Assembly (NCBI RefSeq): GCF_964204865.1
Contig: NC_135255.1
Coordinates: forward strand, 12,648,001 to 12,712,000
From: Styela clava
Lineage: Eukaryota
Length of the DNA stretch: 64,000 nucleotides
Direction of reading: 5' to 3'
Shown: positions 10,732 to 24,009 of the stretch, in pieces
How the letters are laid out: every line of letters begins with the position of its first letter
Numbering within the stretch: the stretch's first letter is position 1
The notes under the pieces: model-generated
The model's database searches: none
The model's input: only the letters and a program-made list of their open reading frames with translations
What the model was told of the DNA's origin: nothing
Made by a program: the position numbers and the translations under genes

Positions 10732-13628
10732 CGAGGATAAACATTGATTCCATTTAAACCTAGGGACGACGTACATAATCGAAGACTATGTATACTATTA
10801 CTTAAAGTTTTTATTTTCGACAATTGCAACAAATGTCTATTTATTGTCATCGTGATATATGAATTTTGAATAGATACTAAAATACGAATATTTTGAACCT
10901 CATCTAACAAAGGTTAAGCAACATAGCAAGGCCAGTGGCGCAGCCAGTTTCGTCTCTGACGCCCCATTTTTGAAATTTTTGGAAGTCGCCAATAACACGT
11001 GCGATTGCATTTTGCTAAAATCGCCGATGAGTTTTGACATCGTGGCGTATTATTTAGGCTGTAACAACGTTTACGTTAGTGTTTATTCTCCTTAAATAAC
11101 AAATACAAATTTCTACCACGACAACGATGATAATTACTTTTTTTGTACTCGTACAGAATTGTGAATCTCGTGAGAGTTATTATACATTCATCGGCGGTGA
11201 GATGCTAATAACAAACAAATAAAAAGTGAATCCGCCACTCAAATTTAATAATATAAAATACTAAAAATAAAACCGTAAACAATATAAGTTTTGTTGTAGG
11301 AGGCATGCGACAGGTCTATGTATCCAACTTGCATCGCTTTCGTCTCTAGGAAAAAAAAACATAGCCCGTACATAGTTATAGTAATTCCGCGAACAATCAT
11401 CAAAGTTCCTGTTACGTGTATGGGATATAGTTTTTCATGTGTAATCGGGCTTCCGTACATGCAGAGAATTGCAACACTTTTGGTCGGTGTATTCACAAGC
11501 CACGCCATACAATTTCGATACGATATATTGAAATATTTTAACTTGTTAAAATTAATTGCCATACCGTCTTAACATTTGTAATGTTTAGCGCATGATTGCC
11601 ATCAGGTCTGTTCATGTCGAAGATAAAAATAAACTTGCGCTAATTCACTTTGATCTATTACCATATTATCCCCTTATCCTTTCTCTGTTCTATATAGTTA
11701 CGATAGTGTGATTTGTTTTTTATCTTCGACATTTGTACTGTTTGACATATTGAATAATATGAATAAAACTGAAAAATATGTATGAGATATGAGTCAATAT
11801 ATCGTCATTTCGAGCAATATTATCCGCCATGGGTATGTTTTTTATTCTAAAAGCCCTAATTCAAGAAGTTTTCATTAATATTTAATTAACTTTCTACTAC
11901 ATATTATCCTGCAAAACAATAGGTCAAATGGTCTCTAGCGCAAAACCAGTCCCTTAAAAAGATAAATTGATGTTTTATCGTCTTTTGAACTTATTATATT
12001 CCGATAATTCCAGGCTAAATGTCTAAAACTAATTAGATATACGGTAGTTAGTTATTATATAAAAATAGATTATTTTCAGCTTTAAAAAATTAAGGTCAAG
12101 TGCTTATGTTTCTAATAGAAAGGAGGGTATAATTCCGATGGGATCTTATCTTCTACCTGGTATACTCAAACAGATAATGGATATTTTTACTTGAGTAGAA
12201 CCTAATATATATTTAGTGTAAGAATAGGGTCACTGATTAGTCTCGGAACTATGTTAAGACAAATACTTTTGATAGTAATGCCGATATCAACTTCATTCCT
12301 TTATTCGATAGAGAAAAAAATGGGAAGACCAAATAAAACTAGGTAAATGTTTACTTATCTCCATGAGTATGAAGTCTTATAAAGTAACTAGTGTACTAAA
12401 CAATGTTCAACACTATGTGGAACAAACATTGCAGAAGAAACATGATGTTTTACAAACTCAACAATATCCGGTACACTAACAGGGAAACTCTTTCGAAATA
12501 AAATCAATTAAAGATATTAGTAGCCGTATATTGCTGTCAAGAAATCAGTCAATAAATTTATTATAAGAGCTGATATGAAGATTTATCAAGTACAGTAATA
12601 GAAAAAGTATAAAATAGAAAACAGCCGTACTGCGACAAAGATAATAAAAAAAACGTGTGTTTAAAGAGAGTTGGGTCAAAGTTGAATAATTATGCAGTTA
12701 TCTATGATTATTGGATGCACTATACCCATCACGAGCTTTCAAAAATGGAACAATTTTCATGTCCCCGTGAGTCTATTTTTGTCAAATGAAAATTGACAGT
12801 TATGGAACAAAAAAGTTATAGTAAAAGAAGATTCTAAATAAATAGAAGATAAATATTTCTATTTAATTAATATTGAACAAGAGAAAAACATTGGCTTGTG
12901 AAAAATCTGAAATATAGAATTTTGTAGTACGTAGTTTTATACAAAAAGGTTCTTTGCTTTAAATTAAATTGGAAAGTAATATATTTATATTATCTAGCGA
13001 TTTACTACTATGATTCTAAGTTCAAATATAAATGAGACACATCCGTGTGGGGATTTTACAATTACAAGCTACTGAAAAAACAACAACTTGTTGAAATGCA
13101 ACATAATATCGTACACCAAGTTACCACAACAATAAGGTTAATTAGTCAGAATCAGAATTTAATCAGAATTTTTGATATCATGGTTTTTTTTGTAGATACA
13201 AAAAAATGAATGAAGTACTTAAAAAACGGAAAGTGGATGACAGTCATTTTAGTTTAAAATTTATGAGCACCGATTTCATTTTCAAATTTCTAGTAATGTT
13301 CTTCTCGTTAAATGTCAGATGTTTTGAATAAAATATTTGCAATTGAGGTCAAACAGTTATTCATAAAATATCACGTTTTTTAATATCGGATTTAATATAT
13401 TAACGATTTTTGTAACAACGTCCGCCATATTTGGAAGCTTATGTATGACTAATTGGACAGGAGTTTAATTTTGAAATGATGAAACTAATTAAAATATAAA
13501 TATATAGGGTTTTAGATAAATTTGATTTTGTTATTTTTTCAATTGTTATCAAAAATACACCATAACATTTGAACAGATTTTAATTTAGTTCGTTATCGCC
13601 AGAAAAATTATTTATTTGCGAATACAAA

Positions 13629-16600
13629 ATGGAGTCTAACAAATACTTTCACGCCATTGACTTTGTTATATTTATAGGTAAGATTTGCTTTATTTCAGAT
13701 AAATTAAATTCAATTATTCTTTATTAAAGCAATGATAATATAAATTCTATTTCAGGAATGCTCATAATTTCATCAGCAGTCGGTGTGTTTTTTGCATATC
13801 GTGATAGAGAAACTCAATCAACAGATAATTACTATTTTGGAAGCAGGAAGGTGTCACCGGTAAGCATTTACTTCGGTTAGGATAACAGAAGTCTTTGATA
13901 AATTCTAAATTGCCTTTTATGTATAAGACAAGTATATTGAAGTAGGCCTACTTGAAGAATCAGGTCAATTTAAATTAGTTGGTATTTTGTTGCCAATACT
14001 ACAGTTCGATCACGGAAATGATTTTGAAATTTTCAAAAAAATATTGTTGTATTCTCAGCTACACTGAAATAAATTTTTAGCGAGTTCAAAGAAATATTGT
14101 GACTAAAACACTGCTGATATTCCACTACGAATCCCCGTCAGATCACAGTTTTATAATAAATTTAGCGACAATACGGGACAGAGCAGACAAAATAGTAGAA
14201 AATAATTATAATTTTCAGATTCTTGTTTCGTTTTCCTTGGCCGTTTCTTTCATATCTGCAATAACCGTGATTGGTCTTCCAGTCGAAATATATTTATTTG
14301 GTACAATCTTCGCCTGGGTTGTTTTGTCACATTTGATTGCTGTATTGATATCTTCAACGTATTACATCCCTCTTCTGCACCGATTGCAGTTGAAAAGTGT
14401 ATATCAGGTGATAAGATTTATGTGTCTTACAGAAAAATATATCAAATTCCTAGTAAAGCTTCAAGAGATAATTATGTCATATTTAGCAGTTATACAAAAT
14501 AATCACAAAATTACATCCATAAAATCAAAATACGTATATATATCACAATAATTTTGTTTGTGTTTGCCGTTATCCATCCTAACTAGTATTGTTATTGGAA
14601 ACGAATAAGATCTTATAGATCCTTTATATTAGTTTCATTGTTGAAGGCAAATTAGTTTACTCTCTAATTATCGGGCCCAGGGCCATTGAACTTTGTTTAT
14701 TTTGGAGAATTTGACACCGTGTGTCGATATGATTTTTTCCCAAACTTGAGAAATGGTATCATGTTAGTTTTTGCTTTATTTTTACTTTCAGTATTTGAAT
14801 CTACGATTCCATACCAGAATCCGATCACTAGCTTCGGGAATGGCAATGATTAACCTGGTAAATATGTCGTATAAAAATGCTTTTCACTTTTCAACGTGAA
14901 AATATATCATAACTTCTCTACCCATCTCACAAAACCTTTCACTGTTTTCCTAAACCTTTTGCTGATTAATTTCGATTTTTAAAATACCATTTGGTTTTGA
15001 TCTTGCTTTAGGAATAAAGTAACAACTGGAATAATATACAAATCAGACGAAAATGATAGGCATTCATTAACACTGACTTTGTTGGACAAGGAAAACTAAG
15101 AGTAATTACCTATTTTACTTGCTTATTTCTTTTCAGATTCTTTACATGGGAGTCACAGTTTATATTCCTGCCCTAGCTCTAAGTGCTGTTACTCCACTTG
15201 AACTGAATTGGAGTATTGCCCTAACAAGCCTTGTTTGCACTTTCTACACTAGTATTGTAGGTATCAATTTTAGTGTTCAGTTACGTTTATTGCGATGAAC
15301 AAACTGTATTATATTTATACAAAGAAATATTCCACAGGGCGGAATGAAAGCAGTAATATGGACTGATTTCATACAAGCAATTATAATGTTGACTGGAATG
15401 TTTGCAGTTTTTATAAAAGCCACCATTGTTGTTGGCGGACTTGGTTCCATTTCTGAAGCTGTTGAGCGAGGGGAAAGAAATAATTTTTGGAAGTGAGTTG
15501 ACTTTAGTAATTTAGAATTTCATATCCATTCCAAAGACTAGGAATACCGAAAAAATAGCTAATCATGTGAACAACCATGTCCTCTCTTCCGGTTACCAGT
15601 CTATAAGTAATAAAAATTGTTCAACATGTTTGAACGTAGAAATTTATTCAAACATTTCGTAATTAAAAATACGCCTTGCTAATAAAGAGAACCAAAGATT
15701 TTATAATTGTCGTTGGATTCTCAATTTATATTTTCCGAATCGAACGAATTTGTAACACCCGGTAAGAAGGTTGACAGAAGCTGACCGTCAGAACACTATA
15801 AAATTCATAATGATACCAAAGTTGAATTACCCACAAAGTACAATTAGTCCACTATGTTCAGTGTATCTTTTTATTCATATTCATTGTCTGTGTATGATCC
15901 TGTACTCCTTCAATTATTATGCTTTAAACGTAGAGTTATATATTTTAAATATTTCAGATTCAACATTGATCCAAGAGTTAGAAGCACTGTTTGGACCGTA
16001 GTTATCGGGTTGACATTAAACAATTGCTTTAAAACTGGATGCAATCAAGTCTTTACACAGAGATATATGTCATGCGATTCAGTCAAATCCGCAAGAATGT
16101 GTGTTAATTAACATATTGTCTTCCCATCCTCACATCACGTAAAATCAACTTATAGAAAAAAATTAATGTTCTTTGTTTCAGAGCTTTATGGTTGAAAATT
16201 ATCCCCGGTACGATGTTCACGTTGTTATCAGTTGGAAATGGTTTGGCAATGTATGCATTCTATGAAGGGTGTGATCCTCATACTGCAAAACAAATAACTA
16301 AACCTGACCAATCAATGCCGAGACTGGCTATGGAAATATTTCAAGACACTCCAGGAATGGCTGGACTTTTTGTTTCATCTGCCTATTGCGGAACGCTAAG
16401 GTATTGTTATAGATCCATATAAATCGCCAATTTAATATTTAAACTATGTTCTAACTGTTTCGCTGTATTGTTAACAGTACAATATCGTCGGGTGTCAATG
16501 CTCTTTCTGCGTTAGCTTTGATGGATTTCATTCTTCCGTGTTTTCCAAAGATGTCATCAAAAAAGAGAATAGTTCTCAGCAAAGTATTAAGTAAGAAGGT

Positions 16601-19003
16601 TGAAAGTTAATATGTTAATAAATGTCCCATATATTTTATATATATATCGAAAATTTTTGATTTTTCATTTTTGTAGTTCTGAACTATGAATGAACCATAA
16701 ACTGTTATTAATAGACACCAATTTTAATCAAATTTGTTTTCATAAAATCAATATTGGTTGACGAAACATTTACATTTTTCAAGCTATTATTTTTGGAGTG
16801 CTGGTTATGACGCTTGCTTATCTGGTATCTCTCTCATCATCAAACATCATCCAAATAACGACATCTATAACTGGTTCCATCGGGGGTCCAGTCATTGCTG
16901 TATTCACAATGGGGATGTTTATGCCGTGGATAAATCACTGGGTAAGAGAGAACGGCATAAATTATTTTATTTAATCTCGTATTACAGCGTTTCCCAAACT
17001 TTTTGTTCGTGCGACGCCAAATTATCAGGGAAAAAACTTACGGCGAGCTTGAACGAAAAAAAATTGATACCTCCAAATGAAACTCAATTTTGTGATCGGT
17101 AATGTGTATGCCTGCTAACGTTTGTAAACATGTAGGCCCTGGGAATAATATCAAAAGCTCAACTCTTCTTATTCTAGGCCTGATTTTTCTTTCAAATATA
17201 TACTAAAATATCACTCATGTTCGCTAAACTCGGTTCAGCAGACAAATAAACTGCATCTCGTGAAACCGCAGTTGTGTCTTTGTCTACTGTTACGTAAAGA
17301 GAAAACCAGCAAAAAACTATGTCCTGGCAGCCTGAATGTTTAAAATTATATTAAATAAAATAATTTATTTTATTACACCGAATACGATATCAGGAAACTT
17401 TTTTCAGGGTGCATTGATAGGAATTGTTGGAGGATGGCTCTTTGCAGGCTGGATTGCAATATCTGCAATGTCTCTGTCAAGTTTTCCTGGCACAACAGAA
17501 AAGCTGCCGTTGTCAATAGACAGTTGTCCTACTTCCAATTATACGACGCAAATCAGTACAAACTATTCTAGTTACTCTACCTCAACTACGGAGATAGAAT
17601 ACTCGTCAGGGGAAATTATGACAACAAATTTAGCAATTGTCGAGAGGTATATATCAAGTAGTTTTTTAACTCGACAAACAAACATAAGCAATAAGAAAAT
17701 CCATGATGTTTTAACAATTAGAGCTATTGCTCATTTGACAACTTTTCGGCGGTGAGGCGCATCGTTCTAAGTGTTAGGAATACGCTCGCCACCGCATCTC
17801 TGATACTCTGCGTGCATTTGCAGGTTCGAATCCCGCAGGGATAGTTATAAGCGAGAGGATTGCTGGACTACCCCCCGCGCAGGGTGTTTCACGCAAACGC
17901 TGGTCGGTTACGGCTACCTCCGCCATCAAGTTCATGCATCTGAAAATAATTGGTTAACTAATCTCATACCTGACTATAGTGACCGGACGAGAGGCCGGGA
18001 TTTGTCATATGATTAGGCCGTCTCATCGACTTTTGTTTCCCCCAGGATAAATAGGTAAATTCCATCCTATCCTTAAGATGGTGTAAATGTTGCTTTTAAT
18101 GTCATGTTATAAAATATCCAATTATTGTTAATTAACATATTATATGTTTCAGTCCGGTGATTAACTACACTCTTTATTCAATCTCACCATTCTATTACGG
18201 AGTTATCGGATTTCTGACATGTATTCTGATCGGTCACATTATTTCACTGATTACAGGTACAGTAGTATTTCTACCAAGTTATTATACCGAGCAAAATTGT
18301 GAGTTTATTTGATTTTTAATACATTGGGCCCAATTCGGGAATTAGTTACAATCGGAGCTTCGAACAAGCAGGTGAAACTGTATTAACATAACATGTATAT
18401 ATATATGATGAGATAGTGTAAGGACCGTTCAGTATTTGTGGCGCTTTGAAGACACATCCCACAGTTTTCTTTCTAATTGACTTTGTCGCGGTTAAATATC
18501 GAATATATGATTCTGATTGTATGAGATTAATATCATGATTTTATGAACAAGCGATTGTTCAGAACATTTTTAGACTTAAAGTAATCATTGACATCTCGGT
18601 CGAGTTTGATTTTATGGAGTTCCTTCAGTTAATTGTTTTCAAACTGATTTGTGGCCAGTTATACAAATATTTGGATATCAACATAGGAGGCATTGTGGCA
18701 TCATCTAGTTTAATCTTCCTACTCTAAGGCATACAATCTTAGTTGGGAAATAAGTAATCACATCAAAATATCATTCTAATTGCAGGATTTAACAAACCGT
18801 CTAAAGCCGATCCAATGTTATTCGTACCAATATTCAATTACAAAGTACTTCGTTTTGGTGTTCCTGAAATTCCCTCAAGCTACACACTAGCATCTTGCAC
18901 GCCAGAAGAAGAAAAATTAAATAAAACCACAAACCCAAATACGAAGAATGCCAATGGATCACCGATTGCTTCTAATTGGGAAGACTCAATATTGAAGGAA
19001 TGA
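13629..19003 (+). CDS. SLC5 SMCT/NIS-like symporter, gene B; 13 exons, ~624 aa
   Basis: Exons 13629-13677, 13756-13859, 14219-14407, 14792-14857, 15137-15256, 15338-15492, 15958-16098, 16182-16400, 16478-16590, 16784-16941, 17408-17646, 18153-18256, 18786-19003. Total 1875 nt; same phases as gene A and the same sizes for most internal exons. Confidence 0.93.
16986..17290. mobile_element. Truncated hAT-type MITE in gene B intron 10 (mirrored at ~29110-29404 in B')
   Basis: Starts CAGCGTTTCCCAAACTTTTT, the same terminus as the 25974-26554 element, and shares the internal segment catgttcgc..aa.t...ttcagcaga.aaataaactgca with it. Confidence 0.6.
17748..18073 (+). mobile_element. tRNA-derived SINE in gene B intron 11
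   Basis: GC-richer ~325-bp block with an A-box-like start, B box GGTTCGAATCC (17823-17833) and a simple-repeat tail ATCCTATCCT. A diverged mirror copy lies at ~28340-28655. Confidence 0.7.
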
Positions 19004-20596
19004 CTTTTTCGAATTGTTCAGTAACTGAATTTAAAATCCGTGTTAAATTTTGAAATAAAAATCCGCAAAACGCGGCAATTCCAGTATGTGTTTCGATGGT
19101 TTTATGAGGTAACTTATGACGTAGTGGCCGTATCATCTCGTTGTACTTGCAAAGTAAGAATTGACAATGAAGCCGAATGAAAAAAATATTACGACAAGAA
19201 TAAAATATTAAAAACTATTTAGTACAACTGCTAAGCTTTCATTGAACTCATAATCACAGAGAAACATAATTCTGGCTGTGATCTAACAAACGTCAGTCTT
19301 CAGTGAGACAAAAGCTGTTATTCATAAAGAAAAAACTGAATTTACCTCAGTAATTTGTTTTTTGATATGAATTTATTTTTTTAATGATGATCTAGTTTTC
19401 AAGCGGTAGAAGACTAGAAGCAGCATGCTTTTCCGTCTTTTCGTTAAAAGTCGCACATATAGGCTCTACTGCTAGTGCTCACACGATAATTCTGAAATAT
19501 ACAAAAAGTCATTTTGTTTTTCTGCAATCCCGTTGCCAACTTACAAACTACAAATGACTCAGATAATTTCCAGAATTATATATTATCTGCGATACGCGAA
19601 CAAATGAGGTAATGAAATGAATTAAGTTGAAAAAAACGCAAAAACACTGGATAAAAGTTGATATATGATGTAAACAAGAATTGAGTCTGGTTTTTATCGC
19701 AGGAAACGGTCACAGTTAGACTGACACTGAACGAATTTTGAAATGAATTCTACACCAACCAACATTAAAATTTCGGACACGCTTGGTATACATAGAGCGC
19801 AGAAATGGAGAAGACAATATCATTATATGTATTTCCGTGAGACATCACAAGAAGTTTGAATTGCAGAAAAATTTTTCCTTCTTCAATTTTATCTAATCTG
19901 TTTTTACTAAGCTTGAAAAATGTCAAGAGACAACTTGTTGCATGTCACGTAATTGTAATAAAATTAAATCAGACACAATTTCATGAAATTGACGAGAACT
20001 CATCATTAATGATCATTAAAAGATTATAATATTTCCTCAAATAATTCAGATTGGGTCTTGACTCTTGAGTAAAAAACTTAAGCGAATTCTTGACATAATA
20101 AATTTTACATAACCAATTTGACAGTGGTGGATCATTCATTTGTGTCTTAAAAGAAATCGTGATTATGCCTAAGTTGTAATTTACACTGTAGCCTTTTTTG
20201 TAACAAAAACGCAAAACACAAAGTGCTATCACATGAAAAGAGATTTTTTTGACTGCGAGTCAGGCAAAACTGTACTCAACGTAAGGGAAACATTGGGACG
20301 AATTAATGTCTCTGACAATTGAGTGACATCGATTACATCTCGATAATTGTCAAAAGAAGCGATAAATGTCGAGGGGAAATAAAAAAAAAAGTACAAATGT
20401 CAGATTTTAATCAACAAGGTAAATACAGTAAAATATTCGTAATTGGACGCGCCCAATGACGAACTAGCAAATGGAAAAAGACAAAAATCACGTAAGCTGA
20501 GAGAATACGAGATTGAAGGCTATATTCTCTCTTCTAAATGTGGCGAAGTTAACTTATAGAAAAACTTTTTTTTGTTTCGAGAGCTATCTCATATTT

Positions 20597-21982
20597 TTAA
20601 TTGCGCCTGTTGCGTACTTTTTTATATATCATAAAAATGGCCAGAAGTGATGTACATACGATGTGAAAAATGGAAAGTCCATAAAAACTTATTGAGAAAG
20701 GAGATTTTGTCCAATCTTTTATTGCTGATGTTACTATAGGTATCACTGTCATTCCAATGCCCATGTTTGCATACCATATTCCCGAAACATTGCTATATAT
20801 TCCAGTATTTGTATTTTTTGTTATGATTCCTTTGTTTGCAATTACCAACAACTCTTCAAACGCTGGCACGACGCACATGCCGGCAAAACCTCCCAACAAG
20901 AACGCACCGAAGTACACCACACCAAGAATCTGATCTATTGAGAATAACCACATAACACCGCCAATTCCCATCAATCCCAAAATTAACGAATGCGGTCGAA
21001 TATTCGGTTTCCAGCTTATAACATATCCCGTCAATGACGAAAATATTGCATAGGACACACCAATTGCAAACAATGCTGCGCCTGCATATGAAGTAGATAA
21101 GTTTCTTTCATCAAAATATGTAGTAAGTGCTACTTCACAGTAGCCGAACACGCCGCTCCCGATTCCAACCACGCACAATATTCCAATTACCAATGGATCG
21201 AGTAGAAAAGTGCAGGAGTTGAATTTATCCGGCTCTTGTTGCTTGTTTTTATTTATTTCGCTGTAATCCGGAAATACAAAATACTGGAAGCTCATAGATC
21301 CTACAACAATTCCACCAGCAGTAGCTAAAGGCATGAACATTCCAAAATACTCATACAATACGCCACCCAATGCCGGAGCTACGAACAAAGTACACCCTGA
21401 CGCCGCCTGCAGAAATCCGAACACTTTACTCACATGTTCTGGAAATTCTTGACAAGCAATTGTGGTGGCTGCGGTGTTATAAGCAGAGTTACCGATTCCA
21501 GTAAGAAACCGCAAAGCGATACCTACTGCAATAAATACCACTAAGTTATTTACGTATTGCAGAGTACCCAAGAGAGCTTGGCAGATGCCGCATATGCCAG
21601 AACCAGCAAATATTAAGTTTCTGCTTCCGAATTTGTGCTGAAATTTGCCAAAAATAGGTCCAAATACCGTTGTTGCTGCGGTGTAGATTTGCAGTATGAT
21701 TGCAGCATGTAACACACTCCCACCCTTTTCTAGAACTACACGTGTGAAAAATGCAACATGTATACTCGCACAACAACTTACAAATATTTGCAACATTAAT
21801 AGAAATGTCAAAATAGCAATTTGCTTCCTGGTAGAATCGCCCCATAAAGAAGTCTCAACTGTCTTAGGCTTGTTGGCGGAATCACGGTTATCTATGATTT
21901 TGGTACCAGTACGTGGGTTTGTTGAGTGTTCTTCTTTATCTTCCAACTGTAGTAGAAGAATATCGTTGGTAGACGAAGACAT
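20597..21982 (-). CDS. MFS transporter, SLC18B1-like, single-exon CDS, 461 aa
   Basis: Roughly 12 hydrophobic helices; motif-A-like GKFQHKFGSRN; RFLTGIG; APALGGVLYEYFG; 6+6 organisation. Confidence 0.85.
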   Translation of the reverse strand: MSSSTNDILLLQLEDKEEHSTNPRTGTKIIDNRDSANKPKTVETSLWGDSTRKQIAILTFLLMLQIFVSCCASIHVAFFTRVVLEKGGSVLHAAIILQIYTAATTVFGPIFGKFQHKFGSRNLIFAGSGICGICQALLGTLQYVNNLVVFIAVGIALRFLTGIGNSAYNTAATTIACQEFPEHVSKVFGFLQAASGCTLFVAPALGGVLYEYFGMFMPLATAGGIVVGSMSFQYFVFPDYSEINKNKQQEPDKFNSCTFLLDPLVIGILCVVGIGSGVFGYCEVALTTYFDERNLSTSYAGAALFAIGVSYAIFSSLTGYVISWKPNIRPHSLILGLMGIGGVMWLFSIDQILGVVYFGAFLLGGFAGMCVVPAFEELLVIANKGIITKNTNTGIYSNVSGIWYANMGIGMTVIPIVTSAIKDWTKSPFSISFYGLSIFHIVCTSLLAIFMIYKKVRNRRN

Positions 21983-24009
21983 GTCGGCAGTTTGTACAAA
22001 ATACCGCTGATTATCAACTGCAATACTGATGGAATTATCAACTACTTCCTAATCCATTTACCGGATTTCTTTATTCACATCTCACCATATATTACATTTC
22101 ATACATTACAGGTATTTATTTACTTGACATTTCATCTATGAATAGTTCAATAGAAGATTAGAACACTATAACTAAACATACCGTTGGCATGTAGGACTGC
22201 CAACCCCAACAAATTACGATATCCAATCAGTGTCAGTCAAGTGTGTGCTGCGCGCTAGCAATGCTCGACCGATATTTTGCTCGTGAAAAGACCTTGTATG
22301 CGAATCTGCTATTACTAACACTCGCAAGTAGTGTTATTTATCGCATTTCAAATATATATAGTATTTCAGGTAATTAGCACTCTAACTCATTTGCGATGTT
22401 ACGATTTAATTTTGACTACACACTATATGAATTGATCAACAATATGTGATTCTATATTATGAATGGTGAAGAAACAGTTACCTCTAAACGTCAAAAAAAA
22501 AGGTTAAATCAAATTACTCTCGCAAGTTGCCGTCTAGACTAGAGTGATTGGATTTTTAGTACCGGTATGTAGATGGTAGCCTCGGTAGGGTAGTTTTTAT
22601 TTCGCGCCATGAAACATTTTACGGGGCCACATTTTTATCGAATGTCATGGCTCCATAAAAATGTTAAACATGGTACTGGTAATAGGACATTTGCTTCCAA
22701 ACATTTGCTCTTGTTGAACCTTTCCTTATTTCCACTTCCACGCAATACCTAGTCATAGTTTGGAAGAGATATTCAAATATCATTAAAAAAAAAAAAACTA
22801 TGTACATCTACGATATACTGCATGACACACAAATAAATAGAAATTATATATGTGATAATCTTACTCATTATGAAACTGTATCACTGCATTATATATATAT
22901 AGATTAAGTTGACTATACACTGTAATTTACGAAGCTGTTTTATGCCAAATGCGAATATACGTAGGTTCAACTTTCTATCGGTATCAGCACTAGCTGGAAA
23001 GTTACCGTACCAGTTGTCGACATACATAGCAAACTTATATCAGCTGCCCTTTGTCTCGACGGCGTTTGTCGCTACTTTTAAATCCTTTATCACGGTCCAT
23101 CGAACTCCTATAACGCAACGCTTCAGAGCGAAAAAAGCATGCTTGCCAGAGGCTAAGTATCCGCTACCATCCGCGTGAGAGTGTGACCAGTTCAAAAGTT
23201 TACCCTAACTTTGTCTAATAGAGTATTACATGACTGCACTATCTTTATAATTAATATGAAAAAAAAAAGTTTCCTACCATAGTTTATAACGAGTTTGCAC
23301 AGGGTATTGGATCAACCAATACCCATTCTTCTTTTCCATCTTGAAAATCGTATATCATCTCGAACGGTGCTATTGAGCAATGTGCATCAGTCTGAACGAA
23401 AACCATTAAAAAACATTCACGGTAGATCCGTAGTCAAATCAATACGAGATGCTTAATTTCCGTTAAGGTTTTTGAAATGGCACAAATATCATCTCAAAAT
23501 TGCTAAAATTTAAGTCTGTTACCCAATCAATTCTAACCAAGAATGTGCCCTTCTAAAAGTTTGTTACCTGCTTTTCTCAACTCGTCGCCTGTGGGAATAT
23601 GTTCGGTTCACCGATTGCAGTCACTGGTGCTATCAACCAACTAAAAATATGGTGATAAAGTGTGATTCGGCGTACAGGACACACAATTAAAAACGCCGAT
23701 ACCAATCCAATCAGGCCATTGAACCTTTGTTGCTTGACTTTAATTTTATTCAAATGAACAGCACTCCAAATATAAAACAAATAAATAAAGCGTAAAAGAT
23801 TATCTCTTACAAATTACAAAATTCCAGAGCTCCGTGACAGAGGTGCGTTCCCTAAAAACCCAGAAAGAAGAGAGCGACGTGCGGGATAAAATACGGATGC
23901 CAGATTATTGGTCGGCACAGACAAGTTTGCTTACTTAAATTATGTTTGAGATTCATGGGTGTTATAAAGGATGCAAACAATAAAAGTAAATCCAAAAACT
24001 TGAATACAT

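Noticed and set aside
10934-10975. CAGTGGCGCAGCCAG terminus-like motif downstream of gene A
   Set aside because: No partner end or TSD found; cannot support an element call.
17748-17840. Possible tRNA gene (GGTTCGAATCC)
   Set aside because: No convincing cloverleaf; it continues into a ~240-bp body with a simple-repeat tail, typical of a SINE.
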